64,000 nt of DNA from an uncultured Kiritimatiellota bacterium. GTDB taxonomy: Bacteria > Verrucomicrobiota > Kiritimatiellia > RFP12 > UBA1067. Of this stretch, positions 26,325-37,111 are shown piece after piece. The translations under genes and the position numbers were made by a program. The notes under the pieces were generated by a model that saw only the letters and a list, made by a program, of their open reading frames with translations, made no database searches and was not told where the DNA came from. The DNA lies in the NCBI GenBank assembly GCA_934635045.1, contig CAKTZA010000008.1, positions 17,788 to 81,787 of the forward strand, written 5' to 3'. The stretch's first letter is position 1. Each line of letters opens with the position of its first letter.

Positions 26325-28280
26325 ATGGCCAAGACGCCGAAATTCGCGAACGCCAAGGTGTTCGAATGGGTTGACAAGTGGAACAAGGTCTGCACGCCCG
26401 ACAAGATCGTGGTCGTGACGGGCTCGAAGAAGGAGCACCTCGCGATCTGCGAGATGATGGTCAAGAAGGGCCAGTTCGTCAAGCTGAACTCGAAGAAGCG
26501 CCCCGAGTGCTACCTCGCCCGCTCGCACGAGAGCGACGTCGCGCGCGTCGAGGGCCGCACGTTCATCTGCTCGAAGAAGGAGATCGACGCGGGCCCGACG
26601 AACCACTGGATGGAGCCCGAGGCGATGAAGAAGCTCATGCTCAAGAGCTACCGGGGCTGCATGGCGGGCCGCACGATGTACGTGATCCCGTTCGCGATGG
26701 GCCCGATCGGCAACCCGATCACCCAGTACGGCATCGAGGTCACCGACTCGCCGTACGTCGTCGTGAACATGAACATCATGACGCGCACGGGCGACGCGGT
26801 GCTGAAGCACCTCGGCACGAACGGCGACTTCATCCCCTGCATCCACTCCGTCGGCGCGCCGCTCAAGAAGGGCCAGAAGGACGCCGCGTGGCCCTGCGCG
26901 AAGAAGATCGAGGACAAGTTCATCACCCAGTTCCCCGAAGAGCGCCAGATCTGGTCGTTCGGCTCGGGCTACGGCGGGAACGCGCTCCTCGGCAAGAAGT
27001 GCTTTGCGCTCCGCATCGCGTCGAAGCTCGCGAAGGACGAGGGCTGGATGGCCGAGCACATGCTCATCCTCACGCTCACCTCGCCGGAGAAGAAGCAGTA
27101 CCACGTCACGGCGGCGTTCCCGTCCGCCTGCGGCAAGACGAACCTCGCCATGATGCTCCCGAAGCTTCCGGGCTGGAAGCTCCAGACGATCGGCGACGAC
27201 ATCGCGTGGCTCAAGCCGGGCGAAGACGGCCGCCTCTACGCGATCAACCCGGAGAACGGCTTCTTCGGCGTCGCGCCGGGCACGTCGAACGACTCGAACC
27301 CGAACGCGCTGAAGTCCTGCAAGAAGGGCACGATCTTCACGAACGTCGTCCTGACGCCCGACGGTGACATCTGGTGGGAGGACATGGGCATCGATGCGCC
27401 GGCCGAGGGCGTCGACTGGAAGGGCAACCCCTGCTACCGCTGCATCGACGACAAGCGCCGCATGGGCCCGAAGCCGGGCATGACCAAGGCCGAGGTGAAG
27501 GCGATGGGCTACGTCGCCGCCCACAAGAACTCGCGCTTCACGGCGCCGGCGGTCAACTGCCCGGTGCTCGACAAGGAAGGCTTCAACGGCAAGTTCAACA
27601 AGAAGCCGACCGGCGTGCCGATCGACGCGATCCTCTTCGGCGGGCGCCGTCCGTCGACGATTCCGCTGGTGAACGAGGCGAAGGACTGGACGCACGGCGT
27701 GTTCATGGGCTCCGCTGCGGGCTCCGAGGTCACGGCCGCCGTCATCTCCGACCAGATCGGCCAGGTCCGTCGCGACCCGATGGCGATGCTGCCGTTCTTC
27801 GGCTACAACGTCGCGGACTACTTCCAGCACTGGCTGGAGATGGAGCGCACCTCCGCCGACGCGACGAAGCTGCCGAAGATCTACTTCGTCAACTGGTTCC
27901 GCAAGACGGACAAGGGCGAGTTCATGTGGCCGGGCTTCGGCGACAACAGCCGCGTCCTGAAGTGGATCTGCCAGCGCATCGACGGCACCGTCAAGGCGAA
28001 CGAGACCGCGATTGGCAACCTGCCGTTCGAGAAGGACATCGACGTCTCGAACAACGACGACCCGAACCCCAACTTCCGCGTCAACAAGGCGTTCCTGAAG
28101 GATCTGCTGACGGTCGACGTCGAGGGCTGGAAGAAGGAGATCGCGACGATCGGCGCGTCCTACGACCAGTATGACGCCCTCCCGTCGAAGGACTCGAAGG
28201 TCGCCTCGAAGACGGCGAAGCGCGTCCCGAAGGCTCTGCGTCAGGTTCTCGCCGACGTGACGGCGGCGCTCGCGAAGTAA
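26325..28280 (+). CDS. pckG: Phosphoenolpyruvate carboxykinase (GTP)
   Basis: GTP-PEPCK family: ...YLARSHESDVARVEGRTFICS..., kinase-1a FPSACGKTNLAMM, WMAEHMLIL. Confidence 0.85.
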   Translation: MAKTPKFANAKVFEWVDKWNKVCTPDKIVVVTGSKKEHLAICEMMVKKGQFVKLNSKKRPECYLARSHESDVARVEGRTFICSKKEIDAGPTNHWMEPEAMKKLMLKSYRGCMAGRTMYVIPFAMGPIGNPITQYGIEVTDSPYVVVNMNIMTRTGDAVLKHLGTNGDFIPCIHSVGAPLKKGQKDAAWPCAKKIEDKFITQFPEERQIWSFGSGYGGNALLGKKCFALRIASKLAKDEGWMAEHMLILTLTSPEKKQYHVTAAFPSACGKTNLAMMLPKLPGWKLQTIGDDIAWLKPGEDGRLYAINPENGFFGVAPGTSNDSNPNALKSCKKGTIFTNVVLTPDGDIWWEDMGIDAPAEGVDWKGNPCYRCIDDKRRMGPKPGMTKAEVKAMGYVAAHKNSRFTAPAVNCPVLDKEGFNGKFNKKPTGVPIDAILFGGRRPSTIPLVNEAKDWTHGVFMGSAAGSEVTAAVISDQIGQVRRDPMAMLPFFGYNVADYFQHWLEMERTSADATKLPKIYFVNWFRKTDKGEFMWPGFGDNSRVLKWICQRIDGTVKANETAIGNLPFEKDIDVSNNDDPNPNFRVNKAFLKDLLTVDVEGWKKEIATIGASYDQYDALPSKDSKVASKTAKRVPKALRQVLADVTAALAK

Positions 28281-28302
28281 GGTTCGCGTCCAGACGGACA
28301 GG

Positions 28303-28337
28303 AAAGGGGCCGTGGCCGAGAGGCTGCGGCCCCTTTT
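28303..28337 (+). terminator. Rho-independent terminator after pckG
   Basis: aaaggggccg...cggcccc stem followed by tttt. Confidence 0.65.
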
Positions 28338-28356
28338 GCGTCTGCTGACCTCCCCA

Positions 28357-28385
28357 TTGATTCCACGGCGCAAAAAGAGTATAAT
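28357..28385 (+). promoter_or_regulatory. Sigma-70 promoter TTGATT-N17-TATAAT for guaB
   Basis: ttgattccacggcgcaaaaagagtataat, about 40 nt upstream of the ATG. Confidence 0.5.
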
Positions 28386-28426
28386 TCCCTGCTAAAAAGG
28401 GCGCGTAGCGTCCGAAGGGGAATGAC

Positions 28427-29923
28427 ATGAACAAGTACCTTGACTCTTTTATGAAGGCCTTTCCGTACGAGGGCCTGACCTACGATGACGTCACGCTGGT
28501 GACGCAGTATGCCGACTTCCTGCCCGACGACACGTCGCTTGAGACGAAGCTCACCTCGCGCACGTCGATGAAGATCCCGTTCATGTCGGCGGCGATGGAC
28601 ACCGTGACCGAGGCGCCGATGGCGATTGCGATGGCCCTCGCGGGCGGCATCGGCTGCATCCACAAGAATCTGGAGGAAGACGACCAGGCCGCGCAGGTCG
28701 CGCGCGTCAAGAACCACCTGAACGGCCTCATCGCGAACCCCGTCTGCTTCCACGCGAACGACGACATCAGCTTCCTGCGCAGCGAGAAGAAGCGCATGGG
28801 CCTCAAGTTCAACGGCTTCCCGGTGCTGGATGCGAGCGACAAGCTCGTCGGCATGATCACGTCGTCCGACATGCGCTTCGCGCCGATGAACGCGATGAAG
28901 CTGAAGGACGTCATGCAGCCCTGCCCGATCACGGGCGACGCGAAGACCTCGCTCAAGAAGGCCTACGACCTCATGCGCAAGGCGAAGATCGGCAAGCTGC
29001 CGCTCGTGGACCGCGACGGCAAGGTCATCGGCCTCTACTCCTTCACGGACGTCGCGCGCATCATCGAGAACTCGAACGCGGGCTACAACTGCGACAGCCA
29101 GTTCCGCCTGCGCGTGTCGGCCTCCGTCTCGGGCGGCAAGGGCGACCTCACGCGCATGGAGAAGCTGGCGGCGGCGGGCGTCGACTGCGTTGTCGTCGAC
29201 TCCGCGCACGGCCACACGAAGGGCATCATGGACATGACGAAGTACATCGTCAAGAACTTTCCGAAGGTGGACGTGATCGCCGGCAACATCGCGACGGGCG
29301 AGGCGGCGAAGGCGCTCGCGAAGGCGGGCGCGCACGCCGTCAAGGTCGGCATCGGCCCCGGCTCGATCTGCACGACGCGCGTCGTCTGCGGCGTCGGCAT
29401 TCCGCAGCTGACGGCCGTCTACAACGCGGCGAAGGCCCTGCGCGGCAGCGGCGTCGCCGTCATCGCCGACGGCGGCATCAAGCTGTCGGGCGACGTGCCG
29501 AAGGCGCTCGCGGCCGGCGCCGACTCGGTGATGCTCGGCTCGGTGCTCGCGGGCACGGAGGAGTCGCCGGGCGAGAAGATCTACGCGAACGGGCGCAAGT
29601 ACGTCGTCTACCGCGGCATGGGGTCGATGGCGGCCCTCAAGAACGGCAAGGGCTCGCGCGCGCGCTACTTCCAGGACAACGAGGACGAGGACAGCCTCGT
29701 GCCGCAGGGCATCGAGGGCATGGTGCCGTACGCGGGCCACGTGAAGTCCATCATGACGCAGTTCTGCGGCGGGCTTCGCGCCTCGCTCGGCTACTGCGGC
29801 GCGCGGACGGTCGCGGAGCTTCAGGAGAAGGGCAAGTTCTACCGCGTCACGGCGGCGGGCCAGCGCGAGGCGCGTCCGCACGACATCACGATCACGAAGG
29901 AAGCCCCGAACTACCGGGCGTAA
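28427..29923 (+). CDS. guaB: Inosine-5'-monophosphate dehydrogenase
   Basis: IMPDH catalytic loop [13 protein letters not shown]. Tandem CBS domains. ...GGIGCIHKN... N-terminus. Confidence 0.9.
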   Translation: MNKYLDSFMKAFPYEGLTYDDVTLVTQYADFLPDDTSLETKLTSRTSMKIPFMSAAMDTVTEAPMAIAMALAGGIGCIHKNLEEDDQAAQVARVKNHLNGLIANPVCFHANDDISFLRSEKKRMGLKFNGFPVLDASDKLVGMITSSDMRFAPMNAMKLKDVMQPCPITGDAKTSLKKAYDLMRKAKIGKLPLVDRDGKVIGLYSFTDVARIIENSNAGYNCDSQFRLRVSASVSGGKGDLTRMEKLAAAGVDCVVVDSAHGHTKGIMDMTKYIVKNFPKVDVIAGNIATGEAAKALAKAGAHAVKVGIGPGSICTTRVVCGVGIPQLTAVYNAAKALRGSGVAVIADGGIKLSGDVPKALAAGADSVMLGSVLAGTEESPGEKIYANGRKYVVYRGMGSMAALKNGKGSRARYFQDNEDEDSLVPQGIEGMVPYAGHVKSIMTQFCGGLRASLGYCGARTVAELQEKGKFYRVTAAGQREARPHDITITKEAPNYRA

Positions 29924-29938
29924 GGAAGGGCGTTCGCC

Positions 29939-31108
29939 ATGATGAAGCATCTGTCAGTTGTCCTGTGCGCGGGCGCCCTCGGCCTCGCGGCCGTCGCCGC
30001 GCCGGATCCGGTCGCCGAGGGGTTCGTGGACTGGACGGGGATCACCCAGAAGAGCTACCTCTTCGGGCGGGCGCTCACGCCGAGCGACCTCCGTCAGCGC
30101 ACCGTCGTCTACGTCGTCGTGGACGCCGAGTCGTTCGCCGGGGGAAAGGTCAAGGAGCTCGCGCCGCTCGCGAGCCTGATGCCGCTGCCGCCGTCCCATG
30201 CGACGCAGTGGGAGACCCAGGAGCTGCCGCATGACGGCATCGTCGTCTTCTCGGTGCGCAACGCGGACAGGGGGACGGACGCCAAGACGTTCGCCGAGCG
30301 CTTCCGTCCGCCGAAGGACGCCGAGCAGTCGGAGGCTCAGGTCTATTCGTCCTACGGCCTGCAGATGGTTCCGTTCTACCGGGACGTTGCGCCCGCCGGC
30401 GAGGCGGACCTTGCGGCGGACAAGCTGCCGTTCGTCGCCGTCTACGCGGCGGAGGGGACAGACCCCGTCTACGCGAAGGAGAGGTTTGCGGCGGCCGACC
30501 TGAAGGGCGTGCGCGAGGCGGTCAGGAAGGCGCGCGAGAAGCTGCCGACGGACTGGACGCCGCCGCTGGGCATCCGCGAGCCGCAGTTCTTCAAGCAGGT
30601 CCCGGCGCTGCTCGCGAAGGGCAAGCCGGCGTCGGCGGCCCTGAAGGTCCTCGCGGCGGGCATCAAGTCGAAGAACCCCGACCAGGCGAAGGAGGCGCAG
30701 GTCATGTACGACGCGCTGAACCAGCACTGCAGCGACCTGAAGCTCCGCATCAGCCTCGAATACAGCAGCGCGCCCGCGCGGGCCTACTACGACTTCCAGA
30801 CGCTGATCCGCCTCTACCCGTCCGAGAAGAAGAAGATGCAGGCGATCGACCAGAAGCTCAAGCAGAACAAGGAGCTCGGCTCGCTCGGCAAGATCTTCGA
30901 GAAGCTGATGCTCTGGGGCCGCGACGACTTCGTCTGCAAGAACGCGGGCGAGGCGAAGAAGATCGTGCAGGAGCTGCAGAAGTACAAGAAGACGCTGGAG
31001 GCGCTGGCCAACAGCCAAAACGCCCAGATCCAGGGCGAGGCGATGCTCTTCGCCTCGCAGCTGGATATGCTGATCGAGACCATCCCGATGAAGGTGCCCC
31101 AGAAGTGA
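29939..31108 (+). CDS. Secreted hypothetical protein
   Basis: Signal peptide MMKHLSVVLCAGALGLAAVAA. No recognisable domain. ATGA/GTGA-type overlap with downstream lepB suggests co-transcription. Confidence 0.4.
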   Translation: MMKHLSVVLCAGALGLAAVAAPDPVAEGFVDWTGITQKSYLFGRALTPSDLRQRTVVYVVVDAESFAGGKVKELAPLASLMPLPPSHATQWETQELPHDGIVVFSVRNADRGTDAKTFAERFRPPKDAEQSEAQVYSSYGLQMVPFYRDVAPAGEADLAADKLPFVAVYAAEGTDPVYAKERFAAADLKGVREAVRKAREKLPTDWTPPLGIREPQFFKQVPALLAKGKPASAALKVLAAGIKSKNPDQAKEAQVMYDALNQHCSDLKLRISLEYSSAPARAYYDFQTLIRLYPSEKKKMQAIDQKLKQNKELGSLGKIFEKLMLWGRDDFVCKNAGEAKKIVQELQKYKKTLEALANSQNAQIQGEAMLFASQLDMLIETIPMKVPQK

Positions 31109-31860
31109 CGGCGCAGAAGAAGACCTGGCAGGACTACGGCCGGGAGTGGCTGGACACGTTGGTCGTCGCGATTTCGGTCGCGATGGCCTTTCGCGCCTAT
31201 TTCTACACGCCGTTCAAGATCCCGACCGGCTCGATGCAGGAGACGCTCTGGGGCTACCACACCGACGTCACGGCCGAACGCGGCGCGTGGGACGTCTTTC
31301 CGCTCTCCGTCCTCAAGTGGGCCGTCACAGGCTCGCGCACGGTCGCGTGGGAGGCGCCCGTGTCGGGGCAGGTGCGGTGCATCCCGCGCGCGGACGGCTT
31401 CGCGACCGTGAAGGTCGGCACGTCCGCCGAGGAGTGGTCGTTGCCGACGGACGCCTGCCGCGCGCTGCACGGCAAGCACGTGCGCGCGGGCGAGACGTTC
31501 TGGAAGGGCGCGATCACGACGGGCGACTTCATCTTCGTCAACCGCTGGAAGTGGAACTTCGTCCAGCCGAAGGACGACGAGGTCATGATCTTCTCGACGA
31601 CGGGCATCCGCGACCTGCCGCAGGGAACGCACTACATCAAGCGGATGAAGGCCCGGCCCGGCGAGACGTACGCGCTGGAACACCCCGTGCAGGGGCGCCC
31701 GACGGTCGTCACGATGGGGGCGGACGAGTACTTCGCCTGCGGCGACAACTTCAACAACTCCTTTGACAGCCGCTACTGGGGAACGGTGCCCCGCGGCAAC
31801 CTGCGCGGATGCGCGTCATTCGTCTTTTGGCCACTCACCGGATGGAGAATCATCAAATGA
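31105..31860 (+). CDS. lepB: Signal peptidase I
   Basis: S26 motifs: GSMQETL (Ser nucleophile box), GDFIFVNR, YIKRMKARPGET, GDNFNNSFDSRYWG. Confidence 0.8.
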   Translation: MTAQKKTWQDYGREWLDTLVVAISVAMAFRAYFYTPFKIPTGSMQETLWGYHTDVTAERGAWDVFPLSVLKWAVTGSRTVAWEAPVSGQVRCIPRADGFATVKVGTSAEEWSLPTDACRALHGKHVRAGETFWKGAITTGDFIFVNRWKWNFVQPKDDEVMIFSTTGIRDLPQGTHYIKRMKARPGETYALEHPVQGRPTVVTMGADEYFACGDNFNNSFDSRYWGTVPRGNLRGCASFVFWPLTGWRIIK

Positions 31861-34469
31861 GCGAACAGCTGATCCAGACGCCGTGCACCTTCGGCGAAAA
31901 CGGGAACTTCCTGCTTGAGCGCGAGCTCGGCACGGGCGGCATGGGCGGCGTCTACATGGGGCGCGACAAGATGCTCGACCGCCCCGTCGCCGTCAAGGTC
32001 ATGCTGAAGGAATACGGCAGCGACGCCGAGTTCGTCGAGAAGTTCAAGAAGGAGGCGCAGTCCGTCGCGCGCCTCATCCACCCGAACATCGCGCAGGTCT
32101 ACTCCTACGGCATCTGCGACGGCATGCCCTACATCGCGATGGAGCTTGCCACGGGCGGGTCGCTCTACTCGATCATGCAGGCGAACCCCGGCAAGGCGGA
32201 CGTCACGCGCGTCATCAAGATCTGCCAGCAGGTCGCCCAGGCGCTCCAGTGCGCGACCGACCAGGGCTGCGTGCACGGCGACGTCAAGCCGGAAAACATT
32301 CTCCTCGACGCGAACGGCAACGCGAAGCTCGTCGACTTCGGCCTCGCGGCGATGCAGAAGGACACGGACGAGATCTGGGGCACGCCCTACTACATCTCGC
32401 CGGAGAAGGTGAAGAAGGAGCCGATCGACTTCCGTGCCGACATGTATTCCCTCGGCGGCACGCTCTACCACGCGCTCACCGGCGTCGCGCCGTTCGAGGG
32501 CGAGGACTCCATCGCCGTCGTCAAGAAGCGCTTTCTCGGCCCGCCGAAGAAGCCGAGCGAGATCCGTCCCGACCTGACGCCCGCGATCGACGACCTCGTG
32601 ATGCGCATGCTCGCGCTCAACAAAGAAGACCGCTATCCGAGCTTCGAGGCGCTGCTGGAGGCGTTCAAGGCCGTCCTGACGACGGGCCTCACGAAGGGCG
32701 CGACGAGCACGACGACGTCCGGCACGCCCGTGAAGCGTCCAACGACCGTGGCGGGGCGGCGGACGGTGATGATGCGCGGCCGCCGCACGACGATGATGAA
32801 GCGTCCGGGCACGGTCAAGCGGAACCTCGAAAGCGGCGAGGAAGGGAACGAGGGCGCGCTCGACGAGACGGAGACGCCCGCGAAGACGGACGAAGACGAC
32901 GAGGACGAGAAGGGCGGCAACCTGCTCGTCAAGGTGATCCTGTTCGTCGTCCTCGGCATCCTGCTCATCGCCGGCATCGGCGGCGGTCTCTGGTGGTTCG
33001 TCGTCTCCGACAAGAAGGCGAAGGCCGCCGAGGAGCAGCGGCAGATCGTGCAGGGCTACACGAAGGCCCGCGCCGCCGTGACGGACACCGTCGCCCACGC
33101 CGTCAAGTTCGCGGACGAGTTCGACGATTTCGCGCAGAAGGCGGTCGAGGCGTGCGAGAAGCCGACGAAGGAACTCGCGAAGCTGCTCGGCCCCGAACAC
33201 GCGAAGCTGCTGAAGCCCGAACCGACGAAGGAGCTTCTGGACGCGATTGCCGCGACGAACGACACGCCGAAGGCCGAAGCCCCGGCGACGCCGGCTCCGG
33301 CGGCGACCAACGCCGCGCCCGCCGCTGCCGCGCCGGCCGCGACGAATGCGGCCCCGGCGAAGGCCGAGGCGAAGCCGGCGGCGGACAAGAAGGATGCAAA
33401 GGGCGCGAAAGGAAAGACCGCTGCGAAAGGTAAGGACGCCCCCGCCGCGAAACCGGCCGAGGCGAAGCCCGCCGAACCGCCGCCGCCCGCCGTCGTTTCG
33501 ATGCGCGAACTCTGGGAGCGCGCCTACGGCTGCCAGGCGAGCGCCGTGCGCATCCGCCACGCCGTGCGCCAGCTCGTGAAGAAGGGCGCGGAGGGCGATG
33601 CGCTCGTCGAGCAGACGGAGGAGAACGCCCGCGCGCTCGGCAGGCTCTCCGTTGTCCTCGCCGAGATGCTGGACCAGATCAAGACGTCGAAGGACGTCGA
33701 GAACGTCCGCAAGGGCATCACCTACATCAAGTCGCGCGGCGACAAGCTCGTTGAGCAGACCGCGAAGCGCCTGCGCCTCGAGAAAATTCAGAAAGAACGC
33801 GACCTTAAGAACGCAGAAGCCGCCGCCGCCGAGAAGGCGCGGCAGGAGAAGCTCGCCGCCGAACGCCAGGCGAAGATTGACGCGGAGACCCAGGCGGCGG
33901 CGGAGAAGTTCGAGACGATCGCCGCGCAGGGCTCCCTGCGCCAGCTCGACTGGAAGAACGCGCTGCGCCAGCTGGAGACCCTCAAGGCCGACCTGAAGAC
34001 GCCGGAGGGCCAGCACGCGGCGGACATCCAGATCCGCAAGGTCAACGACATGAAGAAGATGCAGGAGGTCTTCGTCAAGAGCATGGGCGGCTACGTCTTT
34101 CGCGGCAAGCTCAAGGGCGCGAAGGTCGTCTCCGTCAACGAGCGTGAGATGAACCTCGACCGTGGCAAGGCGAAGGCGCGCATACCGTGGCACAAGTTCT
34201 ACAAGGACTACCCCGGCAACCTGAACGAGCTCATCAACCACTTCGTCATTCGCGGACGCGACAACGCCAAGCCGAGGCTCAACCTGAAGGACTGGGCGGA
34301 CGCGATGACGGGCGCGGCGCTCACGATGCAGATCGTCTGCTCGGAGGTGAACGGCGCGGTCGAGAAGGGCGAGCAGCTCGCGAAGAAGGCCGTGGAGGAG
34401 TTCCCGGAATACGCAAAGACCGCGAAGGAGATCTTCCCGGAGATCGAGTTCGGCGAGTCGGCGGAGTAA
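31857..34469 (+). CDS. Hanks-type serine/threonine protein kinase with TM segment and long Ala/Pro-rich coiled-coil extracytoplasmic region
   Basis: Kinase subdomains: GTGGMGGVYMG, VAVKVM, HGDVKPENILL, DFGLA, GTPYYISPE. Single TM (LLVKVILFVVLGILLIAGIGGGLWWFVV). ATGA overlap with lepB. Confidence 0.8.
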   Translation: MSEQLIQTPCTFGENGNFLLERELGTGGMGGVYMGRDKMLDRPVAVKVMLKEYGSDAEFVEKFKKEAQSVARLIHPNIAQVYSYGICDGMPYIAMELATGGSLYSIMQANPGKADVTRVIKICQQVAQALQCATDQGCVHGDVKPENILLDANGNAKLVDFGLAAMQKDTDEIWGTPYYISPEKVKKEPIDFRADMYSLGGTLYHALTGVAPFEGEDSIAVVKKRFLGPPKKPSEIRPDLTPAIDDLVMRMLALNKEDRYPSFEALLEAFKAVLTTGLTKGATSTTTSGTPVKRPTTVAGRRTVMMRGRRTTMMKRPGTVKRNLESGEEGNEGALDETETPAKTDEDDEDEKGGNLLVKVILFVVLGILLIAGIGGGLWWFVVSDKKAKAAEEQRQIVQGYTKARAAVTDTVAHAVKFADEFDDFAQKAVEACEKPTKELAKLLGPEHAKLLKPEPTKELLDAIAATNDTPKAEAPATPAPAATNAAPAAAAPAATNAAPAKAEAKPAADKKDAKGAKGKTAAKGKDAPAAKPAEAKPAEPPPPAVVSMRELWERAYGCQASAVRIRHAVRQLVKKGAEGDALVEQTEENARALGRLSVVLAEMLDQIKTSKDVENVRKGITYIKSRGDKLVEQTAKRLRLEKIQKERDLKNAEAAAAEKARQEKLAAERQAKIDAETQAAAEKFETIAAQGSLRQLDWKNALRQLETLKADLKTPEGQHAADIQIRKVNDMKKMQEVFVKSMGGYVFRGKLKGAKVVSVNEREMNLDRGKAKARIPWHKFYKDYPGNLNELINHFVIRGRDNAKPRLNLKDWADAMTGAALTMQIVCSEVNGAVEKGEQLAKKAVEEFPEYAKTAKEIFPEIEFGESAE

Positions 34470-34477
34470 GACGCAGG

Positions 34478-34580
34478 GTTGCTTTCGCTGAACACGGAGG
34501 GCTCGAAGGAACGGGGGCACGGAGAACCTTTGATAAAACATCTCCGTGTCTCTCCCTCTCCGTCACCTCCGCGTTAAGCG
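34478..34580 (+). repeat. CACGGAG/CTCCGTG long imperfect hairpin element (copy a) downstream of the kinase gene
   Basis: ggttgctttcgctgaacacggagg...cacggag...ctccgtgtctc...cctccgcgttaagcg. Head sequence recurs inverted at 54063..54090. Confidence 0.7.
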
Positions 34581-34609
34581 CCGCAGGCTTTACAAAACAA
34601 AAGGCAGAT

Positions 34610-35824
34610 ATGCAAACAGTCACCAATGAAATCGCCCGCGCGATGGCGGGTTCCAGCTTCATCCGCAAGATGTTCGAGAAGGGCCTCGAGCTGAAGCGCC
34701 AGTTCGGCGCGGACGCCGTGTGCGACTTCTCGCTCGGCAACCCCGACGTGCCGCCGCCGCCCCGGACGCGCGACGAGCTGATCCGCCTTGCGGACGCCGC
34801 CGTGCAGCCGCTCGGCCTCGGCTACTGTCCGAACGCCGGCATCCCGTCCGTCCGCGAGACGATGGCCGGCTTCCTCTCGCGCCAGCAGGAGACGCCCGTC
34901 GCGGCGAAGGACGTCGTCATGACCGTCGGCGCGGCCGGCGCGATGGTGAGCTTCTTCCGTGCGGTCGTCGAGCCGGGCGACGAGATCATCACGCCCGCGC
35001 CCTACTTCGTCGAGTACGGCTCCTACAGCGGACACTTCGGCGGCGTTCTCAAGACCGTGCCGTCCCTCCCGCCGGACTTCATGCCCGACGTGAAGGGACT
35101 CGCGGCGGCGATCACGCCAAAGACGCGCGCGATTATCGTCAACTCGCCCAACAACCCGACGGGCTGCATCTATCCGCGCGAAGTCCTGATGGAGATTGCG
35201 GCGCTCGTCGACGCGGAGAACGCGCGGCGCGACGCGCAGCCGGAGGCGCGTCCGCTCTTTCTCCTCTCGGACGAGCCGTATCGCGCGTTCGCTTTCGACG
35301 GCGCGACGGTGCCGGCGATCCTTCCGCTCACGAAATGGGCGTGCGTGCTCGGCTCGTTCTCGAAGACGCTCTCGCTCGCGGGCGAGCGCATCGGCTATTT
35401 TGTCGCGAACCCCGCGATGCCCGGACAGGCCGCGCTCATGCAGGCCGTCACGCTCACGAACCGGACGCTCGGCTACGTGAACGCGCCGGTGATCGGCCAG
35501 CGGCTCGCCGCCGCGCTCGTGAACGAGACGGTCGACCTCGCGGTCTACGACCGCCGGCGCAAGCTGATGGCGAAGGTGCTGACGGAGGCCGGGGTGGAGT
35601 TCGCGCTGCCGAAGGGGGCGTTCTACTTCTTCGCGAAGAGCCCGGTCGCGGACGACGTCGCGTTCGTCGACGCGCTCGTGAAGGAGCGCATCCTCGTCGT
35701 GCCGGGCAGCGGCTTCGGCTTTGCGGGCTACGTGCGCATCTGCTGCAGCGTCGACGAGGCGATCATCGCCCGCAGCGCCGAGGGCTTCAGGCGCGCTGTG
35801 CAGTCGTTCCGCGTTCTGGGGTGA
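34610..35824 (+). CDS. Class I/II pyridoxal-phosphate aminotransferase (AspC/AlaA-like)
   Basis: Fold-type I aminotransferase features: LGNPD, PNNPTG, SFSKTLSLAGERIGY (Lys-bearing motif), C-terminal small domain. Confidence 0.65.
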   Translation: MQTVTNEIARAMAGSSFIRKMFEKGLELKRQFGADAVCDFSLGNPDVPPPPRTRDELIRLADAAVQPLGLGYCPNAGIPSVRETMAGFLSRQQETPVAAKDVVMTVGAAGAMVSFFRAVVEPGDEIITPAPYFVEYGSYSGHFGGVLKTVPSLPPDFMPDVKGLAAAITPKTRAIIVNSPNNPTGCIYPREVLMEIAALVDAENARRDAQPEARPLFLLSDEPYRAFAFDGATVPAILPLTKWACVLGSFSKTLSLAGERIGYFVANPAMPGQAALMQAVTLTNRTLGYVNAPVIGQRLAAALVNETVDLAVYDRRRKLMAKVLTEAGVEFALPKGAFYFFAKSPVADDVAFVDALVKERILVVPGSGFGFAGYVRICCSVDEAIIARSAEGFRRAVQSFRVLG

Positions 35825-36486
35825 GACGGGCTGCCTCGTCTCCGTCGGCCTTGCCGTACATTCTCTGGGACTGGAACGGGACGCTCCTGGACGACACCGA
35901 TGCGGCCATCGGCGCGTTAAATGCCGTGCTGCGGCGGCGGGGGCTGCCCGCCATCGGTCGCGTGTGGTATCGAGAGCACTTCGCCTTTCCCGTCAAGCCC
36001 GTCTATGCGGCGTGTGGCGTCGACCTTGCGCAGGAGGACTGGGCGGCGCTTGCGCAGGAGTACCATGACGCCTACGCGGCGTTGCCGAAACGGCTGAACG
36101 CCGAGACGCGGACGGCCCTGCTGCGCGTCAAGGCCAGTGGCGGCGGACAGTCCATCATCTCGGCCCTGCGGCAGGATCTCCTCGACGCGGCGGTGGACGG
36201 CGAAGGCCTGCGCGGCTTCTTCGATTTCGTCTATGGCGTTGACAATCTCGACGGCGCGTCGAAGCTCGTCCGCGCACGCGCGCTGCTGGCACGGCTGCCG
36301 GCACACGCAACGGCGCGGGGCGTCACGCTGATCGGCGACGCGCTCCATGACAAGGAGGTCGCCGCAGCGCTGGGCATCGGCTGCGTCCTGTGCGCGCAGG
36401 GCGGCCATTCCGCCGCGCGTCTCCGCGCCGTCGCCCCGACGGGCGAGACGCTGCTGGCGGCCCTGGCCCTTGCCGGCGGACGCTAA
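35820..36486 (+). CDS. HAD-superfamily hydrolase (phosphoglycolate-phosphatase-like)
   Basis: Motif I region ILWDWNGTLLDD (DxN variant), motif III/IV ...LIGDALHDKE. GTGA overlap with upstream stop. Embedded in a long alternative-frame ORF. Confidence 0.5.
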
Positions 36487-36520
36487 CCAAATGGCATGAC
36501 GGCGCATCAAACTCCATATA

Positions 36521-37111
36521 ATGGATATCTGGACAGAGATCGCCCGAGACCGCGAGCGCGGCGCCCGTCGGCTGGTGGCCGAGTATGGCGACCGCCTGCT
36601 GACGGCGGCGTTCCAGATGACGCAGAACCGGGCGGACGCCGAAGACCTCGTCTTCCGCACGTTTGCCCAGGTCGTCTCGAAGATCGACACCTATGCCGGG
36701 CGCAGTCCGTTCTTCACGTGGGTCTACCGCATTCTCCTCAACTTCCGCCGGATGGACTTGCGGAAGAAAGGCGCGAACGCGCTGGTCTTGACGGACGAGC
36801 TGCCGGAGGACGCGGATCCGACGCCCGATCCGGCGGAAGCCCTGGCGATCCGGGCCTCCGCCGCCGAGGTGCGCGCCGCCGTGGCGGAACTGCCGGAGAC
36901 GTTGCGCACGGCGGTCGTCCTGCGCTATTTCGAGGAGATGGACGTCGCGCAGGTGGCGGACGTCCTGGAGATTTCCGTGAGCGCGGCGAAGGTGCGGCTC
37001 TTTGCCGCGCGTCGGCGGCTGGCGAAACGGCTGGTGCTAACCGACTTCAGGAAATGTGCATCTAACGCAGATGGTGAAGGAAACAGACAGATTGGGCGAA
37101 CGCATCCGTGA
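36521..37111 (+). CDS. ECF (sigma-70 family group 4) RNA polymerase sigma factor
   Basis: Region 2 (DAEDLVFRTFAQVV..FTWVYRILLN) and region 4 HTH (AVVLRYFEEMDVAQVADVLEISVSAAKVRLFAARRRL). Confidence 0.75.
   Translation: MDIWTEIARDRERGARRLVAEYGDRLLTAAFQMTQNRADAEDLVFRTFAQVVSKIDTYAGRSPFFTWVYRILLNFRRMDLRKKGANALVLTDELPEDADPTPDPAEALAIRASAAEVRAAVAELPETLRTAVVLRYFEEMDVAQVADVLEISVSAAKVRLFAARRRLAKRLVLTDFRKCASNADGEGNRQIGRTHP

Noticed and set aside
34187-35824. Upstream 140-codon extension of the aminotransferase ORF
   Set aside because: The extension covers the hairpin repeat element and kinase 3' end and has no homology. The aminotransferase homology and a plausible start begin at the ATG at 34610.
36516-36521. 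TATAAT hexamer overlapping the ECF sigma start codon
   Set aside because: The ATG at 36521 overlaps the hexamer, so it cannot be this gene's -10 box. The N-terminal sigma region 2 homology supports the 36521 start, so the TATAAT is coincidental.
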